In this document: piece by piece, positions 24,107 through 36,361 of the stretch | How positions within the stretch are numbered: the stretch's first letter is position 1 | Layout: every line of letters starts with the position of its first letter | Assembly: GCF_036321535.1 (NCBI RefSeq) | Contig: NC_087437.1 | Span: forward strand, 10,108,001 to 10,172,000 | Direction of reading: 5' to 3' | Origin: Camelus dromedarius | Taxonomy: Eukaryota | DNA: 64,000 nt | Program-made: the position numbers and the translations under genes | The notes under the pieces: generated by a model | The model's database searches: none | Told to the model about the DNA's origin: nothing | What the model saw: only the letters and a program-made list of their open reading frames with translations

Positions 24107-25989
24107 GTAAGACGTATTACTAATATTGTGGAAACATTTTTGGAAAGAATACAAACATTTTCACATTTAATATACATATCAATTTTAAGTATGTGAAGGA
24201 TTAGTGCAACTTAGAATTGAAGAAATATATTAATGAGAGCATCATTTGGAGACTAGAGAGGCTGTGTTCTTGACTCAAATGTAAGCCTTAATGAACACAA
24301 TCAGGAAGCTGAACAAACATGTCCTGTGGCTGTGTGCTCATGGGAACTACCCTCCAGTGTCTTTAAACCTGTCAATGGAGTGATTCACCCCTGCCTGCAC
24401 CTAGTGAAGATAAAAGCCTGGGCCACTTTAAGTCCCAAGCATTATCTCAATTCTATAGCTAAGGAGTCCAACCGCATCTCAAAATCTAGACCTACAGGTT
24501 GTAATGTCTCCTTGAGCTAGTCCTTATTAGAGGCTGATTTCTTGAAGAAGTACTTCTTATCACTGTCTCTGAAACCAGGAGGGTCAAATTAGTGGGAAAG
24601 GAAAGAGAAATTGGCAAATCCTTACTTAACTGGACATATTTTAAGCTAGCTTTGTATTCTGAGCCTCGCAGATGTTTAAAGTTAATTCCTTCACTTTTAA
24701 GTTACTTTGTGTTTCCTTCAGAGATTTCTCAACTGGGAACATTTTGTTGTTTTTTCCCAACATCCAAGAGATCAATATTCCCACTGTTCCAACTTAGCCC
24801 ACTGAGTTTTAGCCACTTACCACACACAGACTTTCTTTGGGGAGCCTCTTAGAACTTCCAAGAGACTTTTTCCACTGTATTTCTAACGGCTCCAGGTTGG
24901 TTCTCCCATTTGGCCATCCTCTGATCACAGGTGAAACTCATCCATCCCCTTGCCCAGAGAAACTCAGGGAGCACAGACCAATCCAAACCCATTCACAGAA
25001 ACACTATGGGCAAAGCAACTAATGATCACATACCAGTCCTCTGTGCCTGCACTACAAGATCCCATCTCAAAATCTTCATGGTCCTGATGAACTGCATTTC
25101 GCTAGGTATGCTCCCCAACCCCTGACAAGGTCAAGGGCAAGAATCACTGTACATCTTACACCAAAGAAATCCTTTTCACCAAATTCTGAATATTTTTCAA
25201 CAACCTCATTCTTGCATCACACTTTTTGGATAAAGATATCTTAGAATTATGAAACCCTTTCCCAATTTTTTTCCTTTGAAAATTTGCAACTCACATTAGA
25301 AATTCCTCTCTTTTATACCTTGATTCCTCAGCTGAAACTTCCAGTTTCTGAAATATAGAGTTGCATATTACCCTAATATCATTCTTAAGTATTTCACTGG
25401 AGAAATTTTTGTTTTCTGGTACTTTTGGTTAATAAGCAACTGAAACTTGCTGTTTCCTTGAAATTCTGCTGTAAGGGAAAAGAATCCCTAAAGAAAGAAA
25501 GAAGATACATACAGCTTATAAATGAAAAAAAACTTATGATTTCAACGTAATACAAGAGTTCAGGAAATTGTCCAGGGTCAGGTCTTTGGGGTATTTCTCA
25601 TTTAGAATGTTGCACTAGAGTATATAACCTTTCATTCAGACTCTTTTTAAGCCAAATTCAAGTTTGGAAGGCAGTGTACTTGTTTTTAGTTTTTAGGTAC
25701 TGAGACTGTATCTAGGGAGAAAATATTACTATCTTCTAATAGATAAATTGTACTTTGTTTTATAAAAAGGCGTTTAGTGGAGTCAATAACAAATGTTTTT
25801 CAAAGGCGTAGAAAAATTTATCACTATACCTTCTATGTATATTTGATATAAGAATGGGAGAGCTGACTATGAGAAGAACAAATCCAGGAATAAATATTGG
25901 CAATATTTGCCTCAGTACTTGACCCATATAATGCCTGTAAGATTGAATGAATGCAGTTAGATATAGAAATGTACATAGTCTTAGAACCA

Positions 25990-26420
25990 TCAAGATGGGT
26001 TAGATCATAGTATGATGATCAAAAAACTCCAAAATCTAATTGACTCAAAACTGATCAAAGATTCATTTCTTGCATATATCACAATATATTTCGCATATCT
26101 CATACCATTGAGATCCTATAAGAAGGTTCTGATTACAGCAATAACTCAGGAACAATTCAGACTGATGGACGTGAACACCATCTCAAATGTCTCAAATGCT
26201 GTGCCAAGGGAAAGAGCTCTGGAGTCTCACATCAGTAACGAAACCCTCCACCAGGAGACATACATCATTTCCTCTCATGACAGGAAAATCATGTGGCACC
26301 ATCAACGACAAGGAAGCCTGGACATTCAAATGTACTGTGTGCCTCAAAGTCAGGAGCCTAAAGGATTCACTAAGAACATCAAAGATGACCACAGTTTTGT
26401 AAATAGGCAAGCAAGAGGAC
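25990..26420 (-). mobile_element. Old MaLR LTR (MLT1J/K-like)
   Basis: aaaactccaaaatctaattgactcaaaactgatcaaagattcatttcttgc...ccaggagacatacatcatttcctctca. Confidence 0.6.
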
Positions 26421-27754
26421 CACTAGCTATCCGTGGCTACCTCTGACCAATTCAGTAATAGTGTCAGGAAAAGATAATGTTTGCTGGTACATCTTCCCAA
26501 GAAGGAGTCCTCATACAAGACTATCCAAGCTTCTATCCAAGCTTCCATCAAGTGTCTGTTGCCCTTTGGACACGCCTCAGTCGCGTGGCATCCCCCTCAT
26601 AGATGTTTTGTCAATCACATGGCTCTATCTTTCATCACAGTGGTGGGCACATGGCCCAGGCCTTCCAATCAGAGGTCCCCGTTACACATCCTAGTAATTC
26701 AGTAGGAGATAGTGACAGGAACCAGTCAAAACAGTCAAACAACACTTGGAGGACTTTCCTGACGCCATCTAAGAAGCCCTGTGGTTTCTCTGCTATCACT
26801 ACCTGTAAAGGTAATAGAATTCTTGATGTGATGGAACCATTTTTGACTCACATAAAGCATGTCTGAACATGAAATCAACCAAGCAGAATGAAAAGCTTAC
26901 AAAATTTAAAAATGCCATCTTGATGACATAGATTAAGCCCTTATATTCAGTTGTATCTAAAGTAAGCTCTATCCTTGGCCTTTTCAGTTAAGTGGCCCAT
27001 TTACATCTCTCCTGCTTTCGCCTTAAAAACAAAAACAGAGGTTCCCCCACCCCCTCCTGTTATGCTGTTCATTGAAAAAGAAAGAAGTATTTCTTTGCTC
27101 TATGTAAGTTCAAATCTAAATAAACTCCTCAGAAACAATATTGATCATTCCTCTGAAGTTTGTTGACTTTAAAAGATAGTAAAATGTTTCAAGTTATTAG
27201 AAATAGAGATTTTTGGCCATTTTTCTCTCAATTATCCCTGAAAACAGAACCATTACTAATGGCAGTAATAACTTTACCCTGTTCAGCAAATTCCAGTTCT
27301 TGTATAACCTAAGCCTATAAATTAGCAAAATATTTTCTCCTAGAAAGATAAATTCCAACAGAACATAATATATTGCCCTAGAATCTTCACTTTTAGAAAG
27401 TGGCCATGTTATACACAATATTCTAAACATTTTACAATGCTGCCACCTAACTTTTTGGGACCTTAGTGGATAAGAAGATCATTTTTTTAACATCCATGAT
27501 TTATGCTTCAGGACACCACTAAATTCTAGTTCATCACTAGTTATATAATATGCAACTAACATTATGAATGTGAACTCAAATGTAGGCGTGTCCAGGGACA
27601 GTGTATTTTTTTAGTCCCTTTTCTCTGTAAATGTCAGATACAGTAATTATGGGTCTACAACATAGTAGCACCAGAGATGTGTTGATTAATTATAAATCAT
27701 GGGTATTTGTTGACTGCTTACCACTTATTTCCATGCCTTTACCTAGACTCTCAC

Positions 27755-28020
27755 ATTTCTTCTCTATTATAGATCACAGATCATCTTATTACTACTCATA
27801 TTTCTAAGCATGATGTCTAAGAATGTGCACTCTGAAATCAGATTACCTGAGTTTAAATCCAGGATCCATTACTTGTAAGTTGTATGGTGAATTTCTTCTT
27901 TACTATGGATCACAGATCATTTTATTGCTAATCACATTTCTTAGCATAATGTCTAATAATGTGCACTTTGAAATCAAGTTATCTGAGTTTAAATGCAGGA
28001 TCCATTATTCGCTGGTTGTG
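27755..28020 (+). repeat. Tandem duplication, period 136 bp, including the 5' part of a MIR
   Basis: atttcttc.cta.tat.gatcacagatcat...tgtgcact.tgaaatca...gagtttaaat.caggatccatta begins at 27755 and again at 27891. Confidence 0.92.
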
Positions 28021-28200
28021 CAACCTCCTGAAATTACCATATTTTTCTGGGCCTCTGTTTTCTCTTCTGTGAAATGGGAATACTAGCAGCTGACTCCTAG
28101 ATGGTTGTGGCAAATTAAATAATCTATTAAAACATCTAGAATAACACATGACATATAGGTGATCAGTGTAAGTTTTACTTATCACAATTCTCATTATTAT
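27945..28200 (+). mobile_element. MIR SINE
   Basis: ctgggcctctgttttctcttctgtgaaatgggaatactagcagctgactcctagatggttgtggcaaattaaat. Confidence 0.8.
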
Positions 28201-29067
28201 TATACATTATACAGAAAGTCCTCATTTTCCCTAAGCCTGATTTCTAAATTACCCCCCCAAAATAACTTCCACTTAAGTGTTCTATTTCCTTAGAAAACTT
28301 ACAACTAAAAGCATGGGAGTCATGATTTAGAGATCTTTAGAGATTTTAAGAAGTAATGGATTCTAAATAGTACGATAAAAAACGTCAGGAAATCAGATAT
28401 GAAGTTAACCTTAAGGAGTACATTGGACCTTTAAACATGCTGACAGCACTTTTTCTGTTCATCTCTTCCCATTTCCCAATTAACCCTTTCCATCTTCCTG
28501 TATAGAGAGCCTAACGTCTTTCAGACAGTAATGCATCTGCACTAAATCAGGAAACCTTTGGGAGGCTATACATGTTTCTGTTTATAGAGACAGTGTTGAC
28601 TTATATATACAGAAAAGGCATAGTAGAAACTGCTCATAACTATTGCATTGATTCAACAATGAAAGTAAATTAAAACTCAAAAAGGTACTAAACCAATAAA
28701 AGTATAATTCATTAGCTACAGCAACAGAGCATAAATGAAGATGTTATTTTGCTGAAACGAATCCAGAAGTCACAACCCAAATATGCTACTAATTACTAGG
28801 ACACAGATGAAATTTTGAGTTCTATACTTCACTACTTTCTGCTTTGCTTTAATTTGATTTTCTCAACACTCTTTTCTAATGAAAGAACTAGGAAATCTTT
28901 CTTGGGATAACCTGGAGGGAAGACATTTGCTCCTCAGTTGATATCTGTTAAGTCTGACTCTGATTTTTACATATTGGGACCTGACAACAGACATAGTGCT
29001 ACTCAGTGTCAAACAGCCAAAACTTCAGACACTGAAATGTCTAAGCAATATCCTGCTTGTAAGACAT

Positions 29068-29299
29068 TCTCTTTTTTAGATTCTACATATGAGCGATCTC
29101 ATATGATATTTTTCTTTCTCTTTCTGGTTTACTTCACTTAGAATGACAATCTCCAGGTTTATCTATGTTGTCTAAGAAAAGGGACACATATGAACTTATC
29201 CACAAAACAGAAACAGACTCACAGACATAGAGAACAACTTTACGGTTACCAGCAGGTAAAGGCGGTGGGAAGGGATAAATTGGGAATTCAAAATTTGCA
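29068..29299. mobile_element. Young L1 3' fragment with internal inversion (minus 29068-29170, plus 29173-29299)
   Basis: The minus segment ends at the ORF2 stop region (gtagaatctaaaaaag). The plus segment is the directly following 3' UTR (atgaacttatccacaaaacagaaacagactcacagac). Confidence 0.85.
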
Positions 29300-29653
29300 C
29301 CTCTCAAGGAGTGATGGAAATGTTTTCTATTTTGATAGTGGTGGTGGTTTCATGGGTATATACATCTATCAAAATTCATCAAATTGTTCATCTCAAATAC
29401 ATGTAGTTTGTTGTACAAGAATCATGCCATAATAAAGACATTTAAAAAAGACAGACATTCTCAGATGCAAGAGAGAATCTCACATTTAACTTTATTATAA
29501 TTGAAATCAAAATAATTACATTTCCACAGAGAATTGTGAAAACATATTACACAAACTCCCAGACCCAGTAACACTGCCTTTTTCTTCCCACCTAGCTAAT
29601 CAAGTAGAGAGAGAATTCATATTTTTACTGGGAGAAGTACATCACTTTGAAGT

Positions 29654-29764
29654 AGGGTGACCTACTTGTCCCAGTTTGCCCAGGTCTCCCCTCTTTTTAG
29701 CACTGAAAGTCCCAGGTCCTGGGAACCTCTCAGTCCAGGGCCAGTCAGGAGGGTCGGTCACTCT
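29654..29764. mobile_element. hAT MITE, MER94-like
   Basis: Imperfect TIRs agggtgacc...ggtcactct; internal tgtcccagtttgccc and tttagcactgaaagtccc. Confidence 0.8.
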
Positions 29765-30149
29765 CTTTTGGAGCATAGAACTCTCGGTGTGTTAACAGAA
29801 GCCTGCATCTAATTCCATGATGGGAGACATAAAGGGGTAAGTGTGCCTGACTAGCACTGGTAGCTTCTTCCTTACTCAATCTCTATGAATTCCCTACTCA
29901 TGTCCTGGAACCAAGAAGAACTTAGTCCTCCCCTGGCAAGACAGTGAAGTTTAGAAAAACATCTCTTATGAGCAACCCCTCCCCCAGCCACTTGTTGAGT
30001 AGGTCACTCCACAACCTGACTTGCTTCTGTCCATGACCTTGATCTCCAGGTTTCTTCCCTTTAGCCTGGGTGCCAGCACTCAGGGAAGGGAGACTTTCTT
30101 GTACTTCAGCTCAATAGGGCTTGCTTTCAGGCTCCAGATATCCCCCCTA

Positions 30150-30770
30150 AAAGAAACTAGAGATCAATACCTTTTACAAATACAGATTCAAAAATCACCA
30201 ACAAAGTACTGTACATCAAATCTAGCAACATATCAAAAGGATTAGTATTCATCATGACTAAATATGATTTGTCCTGGGAATGCAAAATTGGTTCAACATC
30301 TGAAAATCAACTCATGGAATACATCACACTAATAGAAAATTCTAAGGAAATCTATTAACTTTTAAAAATTTTTAAATAAAATAAAAATAATAAACCATTA
30401 ACATAAAGGAGTTCAGAGAGTTTGAAGGATGTAAAATCAACATAATAAATTCTATTGCTTTTCTATACAGTAACAATAAGCAAACTGAAATAGAAATTAG
30501 AAAACAATTACATTTAAATAGTCTCAATAGAAATAACTAAAGAATAAATTTAACACAAGAAATGTAAAATTTATACCCTGAAAACAGTGAAACACTTTTG
30601 AAAGAAATTATAGAAGAAAACAAATGCGGAAACATCAGAAGTTTAATATTGTTCAGTATTGCCAAATTGATCTGCAAAGAAAACAGCACATTATGTAAAA
30701 AGTAACAATTCAAATGACTGAAGATTGGTCAACAAAAACCAGAAACAGAAACCAGAACAGAAAACTGAGG
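30150..30770 (+). mobile_element. Decayed old L1 fragments (ORF2, then ORF1-like)
   Basis: catcatgactaaatatgatttgtcctgggaatgcaaaattggttcaacatctgaaaatcaa. Confidence 0.7.
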
Positions 30771-30969
30771 ACAGTTGCATTACTTTTCAATTCCTGCTTT
30801 ACAAATTACCACAAAATTAGTGGCTTTAAAGAATGTAATTTTCTTATTTTACAGTTTTGTGGTTAGAAGTCCAATGTGGCTTTCACTGCTAAAATTAAAG
30901 TGTCTGTAGGACTGCTTTCCTTTTGGCAGCTTCTAGGGGAGAATCTGGTTCCTTCCCTTTTCCAGCTTA

Positions 30970-31595
30970 TTTTTTTTTATTATTTGTTTCTCTGATCTTT
31001 AAAAAAATTTTAACTGAAGTGTAGTCAGTTTACAATGCTGTGTCAATTTCTGGTGTACAGCATGTTTCAGTCATACATAGACATACACATATGCTTTTTT
31101 CATATTTTTCATTATAGGTACTATAAGATATTGAACATAGTCTTCTGTGCTATACAGAAGAAATCTTTTTTATAAATCTATTTTTGTATATAATAGTTAA
31201 TATTTGGAAATATAGAACTCCCAATTTATCCCTTCCCACCCCCTTCCCCTGCCAGTAAGAGTAATTTTGTTTTTTATGTCTGTGAGTCTGTTTCTGTTTT
31301 GTAAATAAGTTCATTTGTGTCTCTCTTTCTCTCTTTTTTTTTTTTTGATTCCACATGTAAGTGATATCATATATTATTTTTTATTCTCTCTGTTTTACTT
31401 CACTTCTAATGACGATCTCCTGGTCCATCCATGTTGTTGCCAATTACATGATTTCATTCTTTTTTATGGCTGAGTAATATTCTATTGTATACATACACAC
31501 CACATCTTCTTTATCCAGTCATCTGTCGATGGACATTTAGGTTTTTTTACATGTCTTGGCTATTGTACATAGTGTAGCTACGAACATTGGGGTGC
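30970..31595 (-). mobile_element. Young L1 3' end nested in the MLT1 LTR
   Basis: aactgaagtgtagtcagtttacaatg...gattccacatgtaagtgatatcat...gaacattggggtgc. Confidence 0.92.
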
Positions 31596-31846
31596 CCACG
31601 TACTTTGTTTTGTGGTTCCTTTCCTCCATTTGCAAAGCCAATAATATTATATTTCTCTGACCACTTATCCACAGTCCTGTGTCCTCTGAACACAGCGGGA
31701 AAAAGATTCTCTGCTTTTAAGGACACATGGGATTAAACTGAGTCCACTTGGAAAACCCAGGATTTTCTCACCACCTTAATTGAGTTGCAGAGTTGTAAAT
31801 AAGATAACCTATTCTCGGGTTCCAGACATTAGAATGTGGACATCTT

Positions 31847-32285
31847 TGGAAGGAAGATCAAAATGGAGTTGATATTGCTAACAGAGCTCTCTGAGGTGAA
31901 GCCAGGAGACCATTAAAGAAGTGTGAATTATGTATATTTCAGCCCGGATGGAATCTGAACTTTTGGCTACTTATTGTCCTAACAAAGGCATCCAGAAGAT
32001 CTGCCAGAAACTCAAGTGAATTATTGACACTTACTTTAAAATAACTTGTGGTTCCTTAAGGACAATTATTTCCTAACTTATGTCAGAGTTAATCACAATT
32101 CTTATTAGGCAACTTTAACAAACTTGTGGGGTTTTTTTGTCTTGGTAAAACCTATACTCTTTCTCTTCCATGCAATACTCTCAATTTTACCCAAATCTGT
32201 GTCTCCTGAACTGCAGTTCTTAAGACCCCAAATAAAGCTCTTTCTTCTTTGTAGCCTTGATGCTGATCATTGGCTGATGTATTTT
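31847..32285 (+). mobile_element. ERV1-class LTR nested in the MLT1 LTR
   Basis: aaaatggagt near the start; cccaaatctgtgtctcctgaactgcagttcttaagaccccaaataaagc U5-like region; interrupts MLT 'ggacatcttt...ggaggggc'. Confidence 0.6.
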
Positions 32286-32331
32286 GGAGGGGCTGTTTCT
32301 CTGCTTGGCACAACAGTGGAACACCAGTTTT

Positions 32332-33659
32332 TTTTGTTTTGTTTTGTTTTGTTTTTTAATAATGAGTAGAGTATTTATTTATTTATTTATATAAAATCTG
32401 AGGATGTCTTTATTTCATCTCCATTTCTTTTTTTTAACTTTTTTTTATTGATTTGTAATCATTTTACAATGTTGTGTCAAATTCCAGTGTTCAGCACAAT
32501 TTTTCAGTCATACATGGACATTTACACACTAATTGTCACATTTTTTTTCTCTGTGAGCTACCATAACATTTTGTGTATATTTCCCTGTGCTATACAGTAT
32601 AATCTTGTTTATATATTATACAATTTTGAAATCCCAGTCTATCCCTTCCTGCCCTCCACCCCCCTGGCAACCACAAGTCTGTATTCTCTGTCTATGAGTC
32701 TATTTCTGTCCTGTATTTATGCTTTGCTTTTGTTTGATTGTTTGTTTGTTTGTTTGTGTTTGTTTTTGTTTTTGTTTGTTTAGATTCCACATGTGAGTGA
32801 CCTCATATGGTATTTTTCTTTCTCTTTCTGGCTTACTTCACTTAGAATGACATTCTCCAGGAGCATCCATGTTGCTGCAAATGGCATTATGTTGTCGGTT
32901 TTTATGGCTGAGTAGTATTCCATTGTATAAATATACCACATCTTCTTTATCCAGTCACCTGTTGATGGACATTTAGGCTGTTTCCATGTCTTGGCTATTG
33001 TAAATAGTGCTGCTATGAACATTGGGGTGCAGGTGTCATCCTGAAGTAGGGTTCCTTCTGGATACAAGCACAGGAGTGGGATTCCTGGGTCATACGGTAA
33101 GTCTATTCCTAGTCTTTTGAGGAATCTCCACACTGTTTACAATAAACCTCCTAGAGGAAAACATAGGCAAAACATATCTGACATACATTTCAAAAATTTT
33201 CTCCTAGTAGAAATAAAAGCAAGAATAAACAAATGGGACCTAATGAAACTTACAAGCTTCTGCTCAGCAAAGGAAACCATAAGTAAAACAAGAAGAAAAC
33301 CTACAGAATGGGAGAAAATTTTTGCAAATGAAACTGACAAAGGCTTGATCTCCAGAATATATAAGCAGCTCATACGACTCAATAAGAAAAAAATAAACAA
33401 CCCAATCCAAAAATGGGCAGAAGACCTAAACAAGCAATTCTCCAAGGAAGACATACAAATGATCAAAAAGCACATGAAAAAATGCTCAATATCACTAATT
33501 ATCAGAAAAATGCAAATCAAAACTACAATGAGGTATCACCTCACACCAGTCAGAATGGCCGTCATTCAAAAATCCACAAATGACAAATGCTGGAGAGACT
33601 GTGGTGAAAAGGGAACCCCCCTACACTGCTGGTGGGAATGCAGTTTGGTGCAGACACTA
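32332..33659 (-). mobile_element. Young L1 with 5' inversion (plus segment ~33140-33664) and 3' transduction (32358-32427)
   Basis: 15-bp TSD TGGAACACCAGTTTT at 32317-32331 and 33660-33674; open ORF2 frames on both arms (32780-33133 minus, ending CGI*; 33117-33689 plus); two A-tails. Confidence 0.95.
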
Positions 33660-33674
33660 TGGAACACCAGTTTT

Positions 33675-35600
33675 AAAGTTCTGGGGTAAAAGAACTGTCA
33701 ATCCAGAATTCCACATCCAGCAAAAAATATCTGGGAATAAGGCAAGAATAAGAAATAAAAAATGTACAGATTGGAAAGAAAGAAAATTGTCTCTATTTAT
33801 AGGTAATATGCTTGAGGACACAGAAAATCTCAAGAAAGCTACCAGAAAGCTCTTATAACTGAGTTTTCACAAGATAAATGGTTGATATATAGAAATCAAT
33901 CACACGTCTGTGTACAATCAATGAATAATTTGAAACTGCAGTATTTCAAAAGTATAATTTACAATAGATATAAAAATGGGACCCATATTTGCAAAGTTAA
34001 TAAAATATGTGTGGGATTTGTATACTAAAAATTATAAAACACTGATGAAAGAAGTCAAAGACAGAAATGAAAGAGGAAAAGTTCCATGTTCATATACTGG
34101 AAGGCTCAGGATCACAGAGGTGTCAACTATCCTCAGATTGATCTACAGGCTAATGATACCCCAATAAAAATCCCAGAAAGACTTTTTTGTAGGTATTGAC
34201 AAACTGATTCTACAATTAATGGAGAAAAGCAAAGGGATTAGAAACCAAAAGAATTTTTAAAAAGAAGAAAAAGTTAGAGGACTTAACACTACTTGATTGG
34301 ACTTTGGGGCTTGCTTACTATCAGGTACACAACTCAAAACTAAATTGTATTGGTAAAAGGTAGCTGGGTAGACACATAAACAAATGGAACCGACTAGGGA
34401 ATCCAGAAATAAACCCACACATCTAGAGCCAACTGATTTTTGTCAAAAGTGGAAGGTCAATTCAGCAGAGAAAAAATAACCTTTCAACAAACAACGCTGG
34501 AACAATGGGATATTTATACATCTCATACCTAACACAAAAATAAACTCAATAAACGAATGGATCTAAATGCAAATCATAAAACTATAAAACGTTAGAAAAA
34601 ATAGATGATCTTCACAACATTGGGAAAGGAAAGTGTTCTTAAATACAACACTGAAAACACAATCTACGAAAGATAAAAATAATCAATTAGACTTCAAAAC
34701 TAAAAGCTTTTGATCTATGAGAGATATTGTTAAAAGCATGAAAAGACAAGCTACAAACAGAGAAATTGTTGCCAACCTGACAAGAGACTTGTATATAGAA
34801 TACATAAACAATTCTCAAAACTCAGTTTCAGAGAAAACAATAAAAAGAGGGCAAAATAGTTAACACAATTTCATCAAACAAGATAGACAGGTGGAAAATA
34901 AGCAAGAAAAGATGATCAACACGATGACTTGTAAGGAAATACTAATTGAATGCATGATGAGATACCACTTACCTATTAAAATGTCTGGGAAAAAACCGAC
35001 AATATCAAGTGTTGGTGAAGAATCAGCAATAGGAATTCTCGCTCATTGCTTGTGAGGATGTAAATTTTATAGCCACCTGGGAAACCATTTGGCAATTTTT
35101 TATAAAGTTAAACATACAATTACTATACAACTCAGCAATCCCATTGCTGAATATTTACCCTAGAGATTTGAAAATTTATGTTCACACAAAAACCTGTGTA
35201 TGAATGTTTATAGCAGCATTTTTCATAATTGCCCCAAACTGGGAATCGTATAAATATTCTTTCAACAGAAAAACGGATATATAAACTGTGATACACCCAT
35301 ACAATGAAATGCAACTGGGCTATAAAAGGAAGGAGCCATGATTTCATTTGCATAACATTCTGGAAGAGGCAAAGCTGTAGGGATGGAAAACAAACCAGTG
35401 GTTGCGATGGTTTGAGGGGTAAAGTCTGGGTTAACTAAAAGAGCAGTGTGAAGAAATTACTTGAAGTGATGTAACTGTTTTGTATCCTAATTATGGCAGT
35501 GGTTATGCAACTCTTTTCATTTGTCAAAACTCTTAGATCTGTACATCAATAAAAACGAATTTGAAAGTTTTTAAATAAAATAAATGTTGGCAAAAAAAGG
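33675..35600 (+). mobile_element. Old L1 (ORF1 remnant, ORF2 3' half, 3' UTR; L1MB/MC-type)
   Basis: ORF 33976-34167 (DLYTKNYKTLMKEVKD); atgttcacacaaaaacctgtgtatgaatgtttatagcagc; 3' UTR ending in an A-rich tail at ~35590. Confidence 0.88.
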
Positions 35601-35819
35601 AGATCATGAATGGCTTTTTTTCAATAAATTTGCACATATATCTTACTTAAGACATTTGTAATATTCCATTGCAACAATATACAATCATTTAACTAAACTT
35701 CTATGGTTTGATGTTAGATAAATATTAAAAATGCCATCTGTTTTAAACTGGGACTACCAGCTGTCCACACATGTACACACCCACGTGCATACAAGGTGAC
35801 ATGAACACACACACACATC

Positions 35820-36230
35820 CTCATACACAAAGTAAATCTTTTAACGTGATCCTCAAGGTGTGGTGTGACCTGGCCCCTAACTTCTAACCTCATCTTTTAT
35901 GTTCTTTCTTTGCTTAACAAGTAAGGTATTCTCTTCCCATGCTGTTTCTTGAAATGTTACTTCCTGAAGGACCCCTGCTTGGTTCAGGAGTCCCTGGACC
36001 TACATTCACTCCACCCTGTGCTTCCTTGTCAGGTGCTCATCACAACTGTAATTAACTACCTTTTTTGTGATGACCTGTTAAATGTTTCTCTCCCTTCTCT
36101 ACTCACTGAAAATTAGACCTATGTTAGTAGAGACTGTTGGTTTTGATTTTTATACCCAGGAATTTGCACAATACCTGGCTTATGGTAGGCTGTCAATCAA
36201 AAATATGTCAAGTGATTGAATAAATGAGAG
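35820..36230 (+). mobile_element. L2 3' fragment
   Basis: gtgacctggcccctaac...caatacctggcttatggtaggctgtcaatcaaaaatatgtcaagtgattgaataaatg. Confidence 0.7.
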
Positions 36231-36361
36231 ATTTTGTTCAATGCTTATTATCTTACAGGCTCTTACGCCTGCCGTTCCTGGTTGGAACCAGGAGCCAAAA
36301 GCAAGTTAAAATGTTCAAGCAAAATACAGGTGCCTGATCTCAAAAATGGCCTGGTGCACAC

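Larger units (their letters stand above)
30776..32312 (-). mobile_element. MaLR LTR (MLT1C/D-like) carrying two nested insertions
   Basis: tgcattac...ggcaca termini, 5-bp TSD ACAGT at 30771-30775 and 32313-32317; acaaattaccacaaaattagtggcttt and ttctaggggagaatctggttccttcccttttccagctt motifs. Confidence 0.85.

Noticed and set aside
24700..25110. Possible exon (ttccttcAG at 24720 to ctag|GTATGC at ~25105)
   Set aside because: No continuous ORF or recognisable protein; splice-like motifs alone are insufficient
26012..26446. 144-aa ORF
   Set aside because: Lies within a decayed MLT1 LTR
26521..26552. 12-bp tandem repeat ctatccaagctt (similar short repeats at 22821-22850 and 30735-30768)
   Set aside because: Ordinary slippage duplications with no further structure
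20929..28020. CRISPR-like or other repeat-spacer system from the direct repeats
   Set aside because: Eukaryotic DNA; each repeat has only two diverged copies of >130 bp and no regular spacers
33117..33689. Longest ORF (190 aa) as a gene
   Set aside because: It is L1 ORF2 C-terminal sequence in the inverted arm of a twin-primed L1; its start and end come from the junction and the flank
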